Shown here piece after piece: positions 43,843 through 54,041 of a stretch of 64,000 nt of DNA. The position numbers and the translations under genes were made by a program. This stretch comes from Candidatus Gottesmanbacteria bacterium (GTDB lineage Bacteria; Patescibacteriota; Microgenomatia; UBA10105; UBA927), in the NCBI GenBank assembly GCA_903821745.1, contig CAIJMI010000004.1:4589-68588 (forward strand). Direction: 5' to 3'. Each line of letters opens with the position of its first letter. Position 1 is the stretch's first letter. The notes beneath the pieces are model-generated. The model searched no databases and was not told the DNA's origin. It was given only the letters and a program-made list of their open reading frames with translations.

Positions 43843-45096
43843 ATGCCAGTTCATCTTTTGTTGTTTTATCTCACGCTTATTTTTCTTCCAACGCAGCTGG
43901 GATTACATACATGGCCAAATTGGGCACTCATCTTAGGAAGACGTATTGATTATCTCTCCCCGACCCTATTTTTCACAGACATACTGCTGCTGTTAACACT
44001 CTGCTTTTGGATCATATTCCAAAAAAAATGTAGCGTTTCAAAAAAACAGATCATAATAATGTTAGGAATTTTTTTGGTCATGGTGATCAATACGCTTTTT
44101 ACTGCCTCTCCCCTTGTTGCAGGATATAAATGGATAAAGATAATTGAGTGTATATGGTTTGGCTATTACCTATATAAGGTAAAACCAGCGCTGAGAACGA
44201 CAACACTTATGCTTTCCCTTGGCGCTGCGTATTCTTCAATCCTGGGATTACTGCAATTTTATCTGCAACATTCTCTTGGTGGAATATTTTGGTTCCTGGG
44301 AGAACGAACATTCACAGTCATGACTCCGGGTATTGCACGAGTTAACTGGTGCTGGCTTATGACCAATCAATGTCAAGAACTGTTACGACCCTACGCAACA
44401 TTTTCCCACCCAAATGTTCTTGCTGGTTTTTTAATCATTGTGATGTTTCTTCTTGGATATAATCTCCAGACGGAAAAAATAAAAAAATTTCGTCTCTGGT
44501 CATATGGCGTTCTTGGTCTTTCGTTTGTAACAATTCTTATAACATTTAGTCGAAACGCATGGATTACTGGGATCTGTGCAGTTCTGTTTCTTGTTCTTTT
44601 TTCTAAAAAGAAATTTAAAAACAGAAATATTGTATGGCTCGGCATACTGCTGCTTGCCTGTGTAGGCGTATTGCTTCCCTATTTTTTAACATTATTCTTC
44701 GGAGGTGAAAGTGTCGCTATTCGATATAGCCTTGCCATTGCTGCGCTACATCTTTTTTTCACTCATCCATTGATGGGCGTTGGACTCGGAGGTTTTCTTA
44801 TTCAACTTCCATCTGTTTCAACAACGCGTGATCTTTTTTTTATTCAACCCGTACACAATATTTTTTTGTTATGGATTGTTGAAACAGGAATCTTGGGTTG
44901 TGTTACTGTCGGGTTACTTCTTCGCAAGTATATTGCATTTCTCAAAGTACATAAAACGCCAACAATCGTTACCATACCTCTCATACTTATACTTATGCTT
45001 GGACTATTTGATCACTACCCGTTTACGCTTCAACAAGGACAACTGCTCTTCACCCTCTGTGTTGCCCTCCCATTCTTGTATTTCAAGAATTCTTGA
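43843..45096 (+). CDS. O-antigen ligase family membrane protein
   Basis: RPYATFSHPNVLAG, TFSR.AW, P..GVGLG.F, PVHNIFLL..ETG. Confidence 0.85.
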   Translation: MPVHLLLFYLTLIFLPTQLGLHTWPNWALILGRRIDYLSPTLFFTDILLLLTLCFWIIFQKKCSVSKKQIIIMLGIFLVMVINTLFTASPLVAGYKWIKIIECIWFGYYLYKVKPALRTTTLMLSLGAAYSSILGLLQFYLQHSLGGIFWFLGERTFTVMTPGIARVNWCWLMTNQCQELLRPYATFSHPNVLAGFLIIVMFLLGYNLQTEKIKKFRLWSYGVLGLSFVTILITFSRNAWITGICAVLFLVLFSKKKFKNRNIVWLGILLLACVGVLLPYFLTLFFGGESVAIRYSLAIAALHLFFTHPLMGVGLGGFLIQLPSVSTTRDLFFIQPVHNIFLLWIVETGILGCVTVGLLLRKYIAFLKVHKTPTIVTIPLILILMLGLFDHYPFTLQQGQLLFTLCVALPFLYFKNS

Positions 45097-45108
45097 TACA
45101 ATACCTAT

Positions 45109-46383
45109 ATGTCGATAAAAAAAGTTGTGGTATTCAACACAGTGAGCCAATTATTTGGGAAAGCGATAAGCGGCGGTATCACATTTATTATTAGCCTTCT
45201 TCTTGCAAAAACGCTGGGTGTTGAGGGGTACGGCGATTTCACCAAAATTACAACCTACGTAGCATTCTTCTATTTATTCTGTGACCTTGGATTGAACGCT
45301 GCATTTTTACAGTTATCAAAAGATGAAAAACTTATTCACATGAAAAGTTCATTGTTTACAGTACGGCTTCTTTTAGGACTTCTCCTGATGTTTATTACCC
45401 TTATTATTCTGGTATTTCTGCCAGGGTCAGCAACCCAAGGGTATACACAATTTGTCAAAATGGGAATTATTATCTTTATCCCCTCTATTCTTTTCCAGGC
45501 ATTGATATCAACAACGAATGCAATATTTCAAGAACACCTTCGCTATGACCTTGCAACATATGCATTATGCGCAGGATCAATTGGAACACTTATTCTGGTA
45601 TGGCTTTCTATTTTTCTTTTATCGCCTAACGTTCTCTTATTTGCAATTATCGCCGCGTTTCTTATTGGCAGTTTCATGACTGCCGGTCTTTCCTACGTGC
45701 TTATTAAAAAAGTCACCAAACTTCCCGTCATTTTTTGGGATCCCAAATCAGTAAAACAATTACTAAAAGCTGCCGCTCCTCTAGCATTAACGCTTATTTT
45801 TAATGTGGTCTATTTTTACGCAAATACGTTTATTTTAACCATTACGCAATCAACGCTTGATGTCGGTATCTACGGGTTAGCATATAAATTTTTTGAATTC
45901 ACTCTCGTCATTCCGACATTTTTTATGAATGCTGCACTTCCAACACTGATTGAATCATATGTAAAAAAAGATATGATGGTATTTCGAAAACGAATTTTGC
46001 TATCCGCTATTGCACTCACCGGAGTTGCAGTTGGTGTTGCAATACTAGGTTGGATATTCACTCCGCTTCTTGCACTTATTCGTCCAGGATTTGCAGCAAG
46101 TATTCTTCCACTTCGGCTTTTGATAACAGGACTTCCCATTTTTTATCTCACCTCAATTACCATGTGGATACTGGTCGTTACAAAAAAACAAAAAGAACTC
46201 ATTGGTATTTATGGCATAACGATGGTATTAAATATTGCACTTAGTCTATTATGTACGCCAACATACAGTTATATGGCAGCAGTCTGGATAACAATCGGCA
46301 CAGAATGTTTTGTTTTGGCATCATCAGTGGCAGTCATAATAAAGTCAGGAATTTTCCGTTTGCAGCTTGATACAAAAAAATAA
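45109..46383 (+). CDS. Oligosaccharide flippase (Wzx/MATE-like)
   Basis: LGVEGYG.F, D.GL, VGIYGLAYK; 12 or more TM segments. Confidence 0.85.
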   Translation: MSIKKVVVFNTVSQLFGKAISGGITFIISLLLAKTLGVEGYGDFTKITTYVAFFYLFCDLGLNAAFLQLSKDEKLIHMKSSLFTVRLLLGLLLMFITLIILVFLPGSATQGYTQFVKMGIIIFIPSILFQALISTTNAIFQEHLRYDLATYALCAGSIGTLILVWLSIFLLSPNVLLFAIIAAFLIGSFMTAGLSYVLIKKVTKLPVIFWDPKSVKQLLKAAAPLALTLIFNVVYFYANTFILTITQSTLDVGIYGLAYKFFEFTLVIPTFFMNAALPTLIESYVKKDMMVFRKRILLSAIALTGVAVGVAILGWIFTPLLALIRPGFAASILPLRLLITGLPIFYLTSITMWILVVTKKQKELIGIYGITMVLNIALSLLCTPTYSYMAAVWITIGTECFVLASSVAVIIKSGIFRLQLDTKK

Positions 46384-46402
46384 TTTACCTATACTAAGCG
46401 AC

Positions 46403-46819
46403 ATGGAAAAAAATACCTATATCATACACACAGATGGGGGATCCAGAAACAATCCCGGTGAGGCGGCTATTGGAGTCGTTATTGAACGCAATCGAACTTT
46501 GGTGCATGAATTTGGAAAAACGATTGGCATTGCAACAAATAATGTTGCAGAATATACCGCGGTTGTAGAAGCATTGCAATACATGAAGACCATTGAAAAA
46601 ACAGGGAAGTACAGCATTCATTTCATTCTTGATTCGCAACTTGTGGTAAATCAACTTAATGGAATATTTAAAATAAAGGATAGCACACTTCGTGAATTTG
46701 TATTTCAAGTTCGTCACCTAGAACAAGAGGTTGGGGGACATATCTCCTATGAGGCGGTTCGTCGCGAACAAAATAAACGCGCCGATTATTTTGTAAATCA
46801 TGCCCTTGATGAAGCCTAA
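46403..46819 (+). CDS. rnhA: Ribonuclease HI
   Basis: TDGGSRNNPG, TNNVAEY, DSQLVV.Q, REQN.RAD. Confidence 0.92.
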   Translation: MEKNTYIIHTDGGSRNNPGEAAIGVVIERNRTLVHEFGKTIGIATNNVAEYTAVVEALQYMKTIEKTGKYSIHFILDSQLVVNQLNGIFKIKDSTLREFVFQVRHLEQEVGGHISYEAVRREQNKRADYFVNHALDEA

Positions 46820-46942
46820 ATACATTTCCTTTTTTTTCTCATGTCGGGTTACCTAAAAAAGTATAATCTTCCATCCGTCCGTTCGTGTTGTTTTCGTGTT
46901 TCTTTTTTGACATAATAAACACGCCTCATCATAAGACCTCCT

Positions 46943-49417
46943 ATGAAAAATAACGATTTAACGCAAATACATAACGAAATGATCTCTTCACCTGTGGTGC
47001 GTATTGATGCGCTTGATGAAAATTTTATCCAACCACTACGGGAATTTTTTGCGATGAATGGGTGTCAAGTTTTTATTAATTCTTCGCCTTCGCCATTCTG
47101 TACATATCATCTTGTTGTTGGAGATCTGAAGTTTGTGAAATCAATTCTTGATGGTGCGTTAATTTCAAGCCAAAAAACCATGTGTGTTATCTGGGATATT
47201 AAAGAAGAAAGTGTAACGATTACTCATGTACCACACATTAAGATTGCGCTCATCGATCCAAAAGCGATCAGCGGTGAACTCCTTGGTTTATTATGTAATT
47301 TCTTTTTTACTGGAAATCAAAAAATAAAAAATTTTCAAACTGCCGCACCAAAAAAAATAGTTGAAGAAAGACCTAAACAACGTGAGGAAAAAGAAGTAAA
47401 ACATAGTAATGAAAAAGAGGATGCAAAAAGAATTGCTCAAACTATTTCTCAAGAATTTATTTCTCCAAAGATACATACTCCTAAACGCCAAAATAAAAAC
47501 TGGCTGTTTATAGCGCTTACACTTTTTTGTATCTCTTTTATCATTCCACTGTGTCTTTATATTGGATCACTTACGATACTTTCCGTATCGCTTTACCAAC
47601 AAATGCTCTGTCTAAAAACCAGTGGTATATGTCGATTTCAAATGAGTAGTCAACTGAAAAATCAATTTCTTCATACAGCACATGGATCCTTTTCTGTTCT
47701 GCAAATACCGCTCAAACTCATTCATCAATCCCGAACCATCACCAAACAAGAAAACCTCATGAATACGCTTGAAAAAATGACAACAATACTCGCATCAGGC
47801 GCTGAAGTAAATACAGTCGCAACAAACTTTATTACCTCATTTCTCACTATGGATCTTTCCAAGCAAGACAACATTTCAACCGTTGTACAGGTTGAACAAT
47901 TAAAAACACAATTATTTTCCCTTCAAACAAATATTGATCTTTCGTATCGAATGCTCCAACAAATGGCAAAAGATCCACCATTTCCCGTATCCCTTCCATT
48001 TTTTGAGACAAGACTCAAACAGGGAATAACAACGATTGCCCGCATCCGAAGAAACATGCAGACAGCGGAACGACTATTATTGCTCTATCCGTATGTTTCA
48101 GGATACAAACAACCCCTGACACTCCTTGTACTCCTCCAAAACAATAACGAATTGCGACCAACAGGAGGATTTATCGGATCTCTGATGCATCTTACCATTG
48201 AAGATGGCGCGATTTCAGACATGCGCGTTGAAGACGTTTATACTGTTGACGGACAACTGAAGGGTCATGTTGATCCACCAATACCAATTCGTGATGTATT
48301 AACCCAGGAGCATTGGTATCTTCGAGATAGTAATTGGAATCCTGATTTTGAAGAATCAGCACAAAAAGCAATGTGGTTTTATCAAAAAGAAACTGGTGAG
48401 TCAGTCAATGGAGTAATTGCAATGAATGCATCGTTTATTATGAAACTCTTGAGACTCACGGGACCAGTGCGGCTCATTGATGGGGGAGATGAAATACGGG
48501 AAGACAATTTTTTCACGAAATCATTGGAATATACCCAGACAGATTTCTTTCCCGGTTCTACCCAAAAAAAGGATTTTCTTGGGAATTTACTGCAAACGTT
48601 AACAACGACCATTTTTCAAAGTAAAAAAATTTCAGGGGTACAGCTTTTTGAAACAATCGACCAGGCACTTCAAGAACGGGAAGCGCAATTATTCTTTACA
48701 GATAGCGATGCTGAACAGCTCGTTACGCAATTTGAATGGGCAGGAAAACTCCCCACTAAACAAGTGTGTGATTCCTCAACAACACCACAATGTGTGTTGC
48801 ACTATCTTGGCGCAATTGAAGCAAATCTTGGTGTAAATAAAGTAAATTACTATATACGAAGAAATGATACACGAGATATTGCGATCAATGAGACGGGTAA
48901 AGTAACAGAGACCTTCACACGGGTCATGAGAAATAGTACAACGGATGCTCCCGGCAGCGGAATCTACAGAAATTACATGCGCTTTTACATCCCGAAATTT
49001 ACACACATCACAGCATTTACTATCAATGGGATATCCGTTCCAACAAAATCAACGGATAAAAAAACAGCACTTGCGCTCCCATATGGAGAATTTGATACAA
49101 CAGCAAACGCATGGATGACCAGTATTGCCGGTGTTTTTGATATCCCAACCCAACAAGAGGCAACGATATCACTGTCCTATGAATACGAAATACCATCCGT
49201 TGTAACAGACCGAGACATTTCCTTTATGATTTATACACAAAAGCAATCCGGTATTGAGACCGTTCCAACCCTTATTCGGGTCCGGTATCCCAGCGTATGG
49301 AAAGCCCAAGAGAATGATCAAACAAGCGTAGTCACACTTGCAAACAATGGCTATCTCGAGTACAATAGCACGATGTTACAAGATAGTAACATACAAATTC
49401 ATTTTATAAAGGAATAG
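46943..49417 (+). CDS. DUF4012 domain membrane-anchored protein
   Basis: QNNNELRPTGGFIGS, LRDSNWNPDF, EAN.GVNK.N, KQSG. Confidence 0.85.
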   Translation: MKNNDLTQIHNEMISSPVVRIDALDENFIQPLREFFAMNGCQVFINSSPSPFCTYHLVVGDLKFVKSILDGALISSQKTMCVIWDIKEESVTITHVPHIKIALIDPKAISGELLGLLCNFFFTGNQKIKNFQTAAPKKIVEERPKQREEKEVKHSNEKEDAKRIAQTISQEFISPKIHTPKRQNKNWLFIALTLFCISFIIPLCLYIGSLTILSVSLYQQMLCLKTSGICRFQMSSQLKNQFLHTAHGSFSVLQIPLKLIHQSRTITKQENLMNTLEKMTTILASGAEVNTVATNFITSFLTMDLSKQDNISTVVQVEQLKTQLFSLQTNIDLSYRMLQQMAKDPPFPVSLPFFETRLKQGITTIARIRRNMQTAERLLLLYPYVSGYKQPLTLLVLLQNNNELRPTGGFIGSLMHLTIEDGAISDMRVEDVYTVDGQLKGHVDPPIPIRDVLTQEHWYLRDSNWNPDFEESAQKAMWFYQKETGESVNGVIAMNASFIMKLLRLTGPVRLIDGGDEIREDNFFTKSLEYTQTDFFPGSTQKKDFLGNLLQTLTTTIFQSKKISGVQLFETIDQALQEREAQLFFTDSDAEQLVTQFEWAGKLPTKQVCDSSTTPQCVLHYLGAIEANLGVNKVNYYIRRNDTRDIAINETGKVTETFTRVMRNSTTDAPGSGIYRNYMRFYIPKFTHITAFTINGISVPTKSTDKKTALALPYGEFDTTANAWMTSIAGVFDIPTQQEATISLSYEYEIPSVVTDRDISFMIYTQKQSGIETVPTLIRVRYPSVWKAQENDQTSVVTLANNGYLEYNSTMLQDSNIQIHFIKE

Positions 49418-49421
49418 CCTT

Positions 49422-50099
49422 ATGAGTTCACATAAACTCCAAGCAGAAATCCGAGAACTAACCGGGAAAAAAGTAAAAAACCTTCGCGCTAGTGGTCAAT
49501 TACCGGCAACTGTATACGGAAAAGGCGTTGAACCACAAACGATTGTGATTTCACTTCCTGATTTTCAAAAAATATACCAAGAAGCAGGGGAGACTGGACT
49601 TATTGAATTGACCCTTGATGGAAAAAAACATCCCGTCCTCATTCACACAGTGCAAATGGATCCAGTAAAGAGTTCATACTTGCATGTTGAATTCCATGAA
49701 GTGAACCTCAAAGAAAAAGTACACGCAGAAATTCCAGTTGAATTAACTGGGGAATCCGTTGCGATCAAGGAAAAAGTCGGTGTGCTTCTTCCACTTATGG
49801 ATCATATTGAAGTGGAAGCGCTTCCAACAGAACTTCCTGAAAAAATTGAAGTAGATATCACAGGACTTGCTGCTATTAACGACCAAATCATTGTAGGTGA
49901 ACTCACTGTTCCATCTGTCGTTACGGTCTTAACCGATCCAACACTCATTGTGGTAAAAATCGGTGCGTTTGTAGTTGAAAAAGAACCAGAACCAGTTAGT
50001 GCCGAAACACCTGCTGAAGGAGAAGTTCCTGCGGGTGAAACACCTGCTGAAGAAGCAGAAGCAGCAAAAGAAGAAAAGACACAATCAGAAAACAAATAA
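49422..50099 (+). CDS. rplY: 50S ribosomal protein L25/Ctc
   Basis: LR..G.LPATVYG, Q.DP...LHVEF, acidic tail. Confidence 0.93.
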   Translation: MSSHKLQAEIRELTGKKVKNLRASGQLPATVYGKGVEPQTIVISLPDFQKIYQEAGETGLIELTLDGKKHPVLIHTVQMDPVKSSYLHVEFHEVNLKEKVHAEIPVELTGESVAIKEKVGVLLPLMDHIEVEALPTELPEKIEVDITGLAAINDQIIVGELTVPSVVTVLTDPTLIVVKIGAFVVEKEPEPVSAETPAEGEVPAGETPAEEAEAAKEEKTQSENK

Positions 50100-50103
50100 A
50101 CGG

Positions 50104-50634
50104 TTAGTACGTAGCCTTCAAATTCGGATCAAGTAATTGTGCTTGGTGAAAAAATCCCTGAGCTTCAGTCGGCTTATTCAGTGCTTGTGCAAGCGATGCA
50201 AGGGTTACAAAAGCATCCCGATAATCCGGTTTTTTTTCCACAACCTGCTGCCAATAGGAATACAATGTAGTTAACCGATGAGATTCATCATCCCATGTCT
50301 GTTGCAGTATTGCAGGAGGTGATTGTGCTCCTAAAACAGAAGAAAACTGATCTGCTATTGCAAGTTCATGCTCTGCCTCTTTTGTATTTCCCATTCCATA
50401 TAATTCCTTCCCAAATTGCATATGTTTGGTAACGGAAAAAGGGGATGAAAGAAGGTCTGTACGCGCCGAAAGTGTATCAATGGAACTTATTATTTTCATC
50501 CATATATTGATAGCTACTATTGCCATGCAAAGTGCAAAAACACTCGACCGAAAGTTGCCTGAATCAAGGGTTGCGGAGAATATTCGGGAAATATGCGGGA
50601 ATAGATAACTTCGAATTCGTGATAAAATGCGCAT
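50104..50634 (-). CDS. Membrane-anchored TPR-like protein (start uncertain)
   Basis: TM segment, then WQQVVEKKPDYRDA..LA....EA......A..LDPN. Confidence 0.65.
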   Translation of the reverse strand: MRILSRIRSYLFPHISRIFSATLDSGNFRSSVFALCMAIVAINIWMKIISSIDTLSARTDLLSSPFSVTKHMQFGKELYGMGNTKEAEHELAIADQFSSVLGAQSPPAILQQTWDDESHRLTTLYSYWQQVVEKKPDYRDAFVTLASLAQALNKPTEAQGFFHQAQLLDPNLKATY

Positions 50635-50681
50635 AGGTAATAGCCGTATCATTGTATCAACCTCATCGACATAAACGCAAT

Positions 50682-51353
50682 ATGAATACAGATCAAAAAC
50701 GTATTGCCATAATTGTAAAACTACTTCAATACTCCTATCCAAACGCACATATGATGCTTACCTACAAAACACCATGGGAACTTTTAGTTGCTGTGATGCT
50801 CTCTGCACAATGTACTGACGTTATGGTGAACAAAGTCACCCCAATATTGTTTTCTTTATACCCAACCATGAAGAATATTGCAACAGCAGACCCAACGAAA
50901 TTAGAACAAACGATTAAATCTACAGGTTTCTATCGAAATAAAGCAAAACATATGATTGGAGCAGCAAAGCTGTTAATTCAACGGTTTCATGGAGAAATTC
51001 CACATACAATGGAGGAGCTTGTGACCATTCCAGGGGTAGCCAGAAAAACAGCAAATGTCGTCCTAGTGAATGCATTTCACAAAAATGAGGGTGTTGCGGT
51101 TGATACCCATGTGTTACGATTAAGCCAACGATTGCATCTGGTACCGCCAACGGCGTATGGCAATCCGATTAAAACAGAACAGGAATTGATGAAACAGATT
51201 CCAAAATCAGAATGGGGGAATATTACCTATCGCCTCATTGATCATGGACGAGCGGTCTGTACAGGACAAAAACCCAAATGTGACCTCTGCATTCTTGCAA
51301 ACGTGTGTCCAAGCGTTTTCTTGTTTCAACGAGAAAAACGTGGTAGCATGTGA
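50682..51353 (+). CDS. nth: Endonuclease III
   Basis: LSAQCTD, HhH motif IPGVARKTANVV, VDTHV, C-x6-C-x2-C-x5-C. Confidence 0.95.
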   Translation: MNTDQKRIAIIVKLLQYSYPNAHMMLTYKTPWELLVAVMLSAQCTDVMVNKVTPILFSLYPTMKNIATADPTKLEQTIKSTGFYRNKAKHMIGAAKLLIQRFHGEIPHTMEELVTIPGVARKTANVVLVNAFHKNEGVAVDTHVLRLSQRLHLVPPTAYGNPIKTEQELMKQIPKSEWGNITYRLIDHGRAVCTGQKPKCDLCILANVCPSVFLFQREKRGSM

Positions 51354-51398
51354 TGCATATCTATAAAAACTGCCCATTCTTATATAAAAGGAGCATCT

Positions 51399-52091
51399 AT
51401 GGCAACAAAAAAGAAAAAGACGACAATACTATCTCATAAAACCTCAGTGAAAATACCAGCGGAAATGCCACCCCTAACCATGGAAACAAAAGGACCAGTG
51501 TGTTGCGCGTCTTGTTGCCATCTATCTAAAACCGGTATCGTTGCAATTATTCTTGGAATCATTATCCTCGGACTCATTGGTGTCAATAAAGGGTGGGTCA
51601 TTGCAGCAGTAGTGAATAACAAACCCATTTTCCGCCTTACACTCAATACAGCCCTTGTTTCACGATATGGAACACAAACGTTGGAGAATATGATCTCAGA
51701 ACAACTCATTGCAGATGAAGCCAAACGACAAAAGGTGAGCGTCACACAGAAAGAAATTGACGCACAACAACAGGAAATCTTAAAAAGCTTTGGCGGAAAC
51801 GTCACCATTGAGGATGTCTTGAAATATCAGGGGATGACAAAAGCAGATTTTGATCAACAAATTAGGCTGCAAATGCTTTTGACCAAAATCATTGGAAAAG
51901 ACATTACCATTTCTGATGAAGACGTGACAAATTATATCGCAACGAACGAATCAACGCTTGTCGCCACTGACTCAGACGGCATGAAAAAAGAAGCAAAAGA
52001 CGCAATTTTGATGCAAAAAGTGGGAGAACAGCTCCAAACATGGTATGCAGCATTAAAAGAAAAAGCTAAGATATATAGATTTATTAAGTAA
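51399..52091 (+). CDS. SurA/PrsA N-terminal-domain chaperone-like protein
   Basis: TM helix, AAVVNNKPI, L..MI.EQLI..EA, ISDEDV..Y, W...LKEKAKI; no parvulin domain. Confidence 0.75.
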   Translation: MATKKKKTTILSHKTSVKIPAEMPPLTMETKGPVCCASCCHLSKTGIVAIILGIIILGLIGVNKGWVIAAVVNNKPIFRLTLNTALVSRYGTQTLENMISEQLIADEAKRQKVSVTQKEIDAQQQEILKSFGGNVTIEDVLKYQGMTKADFDQQIRLQMLLTKIIGKDITISDEDVTNYIATNESTLVATDSDGMKKEAKDAILMQKVGEQLQTWYAALKEKAKIYRFIK

Positions 52092-52101
52092 AGGAGGGCG
52101 T

Positions 52102-52359
52102 ATGCATTGGTTCAGTTCCCAACAAATGATGATGGTGCCATGGCTACAATGGGGAGTGTTTCCGGTAATGCTCTGGAGTTTAACCTGGAAAGGACTAGCT
52201 TTATGGCATGCATCGAAACGCGATGAACAATGGTGGTTTATCGCGCTTCTTGTTATTAACACCGTCGGAATTCTTGAAATGTGCTATCTCTTATTTGTCG
52301 TTCGGTTATTTGCCGGAAAGACTCCAACAAAAACCGCCACAAAAAAGAAACGTACTTAA
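52102..52359 (+). CDS. DUF5652-like small membrane protein
   Basis: WSLTWKGLALWHA...WFIALLVINTVGILE. Confidence 0.8.
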   Translation: MHWFSSQQMMMVPWLQWGVFPVMLWSLTWKGLALWHASKRDEQWWFIALLVINTVGILEMCYLLFVVRLFAGKTPTKTATKKKRT

Positions 52360-52361
52360 CA

Positions 52362-53399
52362 ATGAAAACGTGGCAAAACCTTCGTGATCATCCAGAGAAC
52401 TGGAAGCGATATTTCATTCGTGAACAGGTCATCCGATCGACGCGTTCATTTTTTGATAGCCAAACATTTCATGAGGTAGAAACCCCCATCCTTCTTGCTC
52501 ACCCGGCAGCAGAAAGCTATCTGGATGTTTTTGAAACAACACTACTTGATAGGAACCGAAAACCCACAAAAGCATACCTTTCAACATCGCCGGAGCTCGC
52601 ACTCAAAAAGCTTATCGTTGCAGGTATCGGCAATTGTTACAGTATTACGAAGAGTTTTCGAAATATGGAAACAGACAGCTTTACCCATAATCCGGAATTT
52701 ACGATCCTGGAATGGTATCGTGTGGGTGCAACCTATACATCGCTCATGGAGGACTGCAAAAACTTGCTGTTATCGATCAATCATGCGCTCGGGAATGGTG
52801 ACACACTTACGTACCAAGGAGTAACATTCAATCTCGCTGGCCCGTGGGAAAAAATAACAATAAAAGAAGCATTTGCCAAATGGGCGAACATTGATTTTGA
52901 CGAATTCCTGAACGAGGAAATGGCAAGACGCATTGCGAAACAAAAGGGGTACACCGTCGCAAAGGAAAATACCTGGGAAGAGCTGTATGATCAAATATTT
53001 TTAAATGAGGTGGAACCGCATCTCGGAAAATCTGTTCCTACGATTGTTTATGAATTTCCCGGGTGTCTTGCAGCACTCTCCAAAAAGAAAAAAGAAAATC
53101 CGAACTACGCAGAACGTTTTGAATGGTATATTGGCGGACTCGAACTGGGGGATTGCTATACGGAACTCACCAATTGGAAAGAGCAGCAAGATCGGTTTGA
53201 CCTTGAACTTATTGAGCTAAAACGTCTAGGAAAAACCACCTATGACTATGACCATGATTTTATTGACGCACTCAAAGTCGGTATGCCTGACACCAGTGGG
53301 ATAGCTGTAGGACTGGATCGACTGATTATGTTATACAGTAACACTACCCGTATTGCGGATACGCTCTTCTTCTCGAGTTACGAACTGTTTGAAAAATAA
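52362..53399 (+). CDS. epmA: EF-P lysine aminoacylase EpmA (GenX/PoxA)
   Basis: LysRS-like catalytic domain without anticodon domain: EVETP, YLSTSPE..LKKL, FRN.E..HNPEFT.LEWY, GIAVGLDRL; adjacent to efp. Confidence 0.9.
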   Translation: MKTWQNLRDHPENWKRYFIREQVIRSTRSFFDSQTFHEVETPILLAHPAAESYLDVFETTLLDRNRKPTKAYLSTSPELALKKLIVAGIGNCYSITKSFRNMETDSFTHNPEFTILEWYRVGATYTSLMEDCKNLLLSINHALGNGDTLTYQGVTFNLAGPWEKITIKEAFAKWANIDFDEFLNEEMARRIAKQKGYTVAKENTWEELYDQIFLNEVEPHLGKSVPTIVYEFPGCLAALSKKKKENPNYAERFEWYIGGLELGDCYTELTNWKEQQDRFDLELIELKRLGKTTYDYDHDFIDALKVGMPDTSGIAVGLDRLIMLYSNTTRIADTLFFSSYELFEK

Positions 53400-53424
53400 G
53401 CGTGTTCGTGGGATAATAGCTTCC

Positions 53425-53988
53425 ATGTCATCCATAACAACATCTGATTTCAAAAACGGAATATTCATTACGTTTAAAGATCAACCGCACCAAATTGTAG
53501 AATTTCAACGCGTCAATCCGGGAAAAGGGTCCGCGTTTGTGAGAACCCGATTAAAATCACTCACAACAGGAAAAGTGCAAGAATTTACGTATAAATCCGG
53601 GGAATCTGTTGAAGAACTTCCAGTGGAAACACAAGAAATGCAGTATCTCTATCCAGAAGGCGAAGACTATGTGTTTATGAATAACCAGACCTTTGATCAG
53701 GTAACGGTCAAAGGAACGCTCCTGGGAGATTTCGTAAAATTCTTAAAACCCAATGATACCTATCAGGTGCTTGTTCATGAAGAAGAGGCTGTTGGTATTA
53801 GACTTCCAAAGAAAGTACGACTCAAAGTGACAGAGGCAACAGATGGGGCACGAGGAAACACCGTTTCTGGCGCAACCAAAACCGTTGTTGTTGAAACCGG
53901 AGCGGTAGTCACGGTGCCGCTGTTTATTAAAGAAGGGGAAATGATTGCTATTGATCCGGAAACAGGAAGCTACGTTGAACGCGCGTAA
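53425..53988 (+). CDS. efp: Elongation factor P
   Basis: NPGKGSAFVR, ETG..V.VPLFI..G, Y.ERA. Confidence 0.96.
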   Translation: MSSITTSDFKNGIFITFKDQPHQIVEFQRVNPGKGSAFVRTRLKSLTTGKVQEFTYKSGESVEELPVETQEMQYLYPEGEDYVFMNNQTFDQVTVKGTLLGDFVKFLKPNDTYQVLVHEEEAVGIRLPKKVRLKVTEATDGARGNTVSGATKTVVVETGAVVTVPLFIKEGEMIAIDPETGSYVERA

Positions 53989-54041
53989 ACTCGTCTTCAT
54001 AATTGACACCTTCTGCAGCACGTGAAACAATAATTATTACT

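Noticed and set aside
46849-46932. 27-codon minus-strand ORF with a perfect AGGAGG SD (MMRRVYYVKK...)
   Set aside because: Its SD abuts the start of the DUF4012 gene on the opposite strand, and the ORF is very short with no other support; it may be chance.
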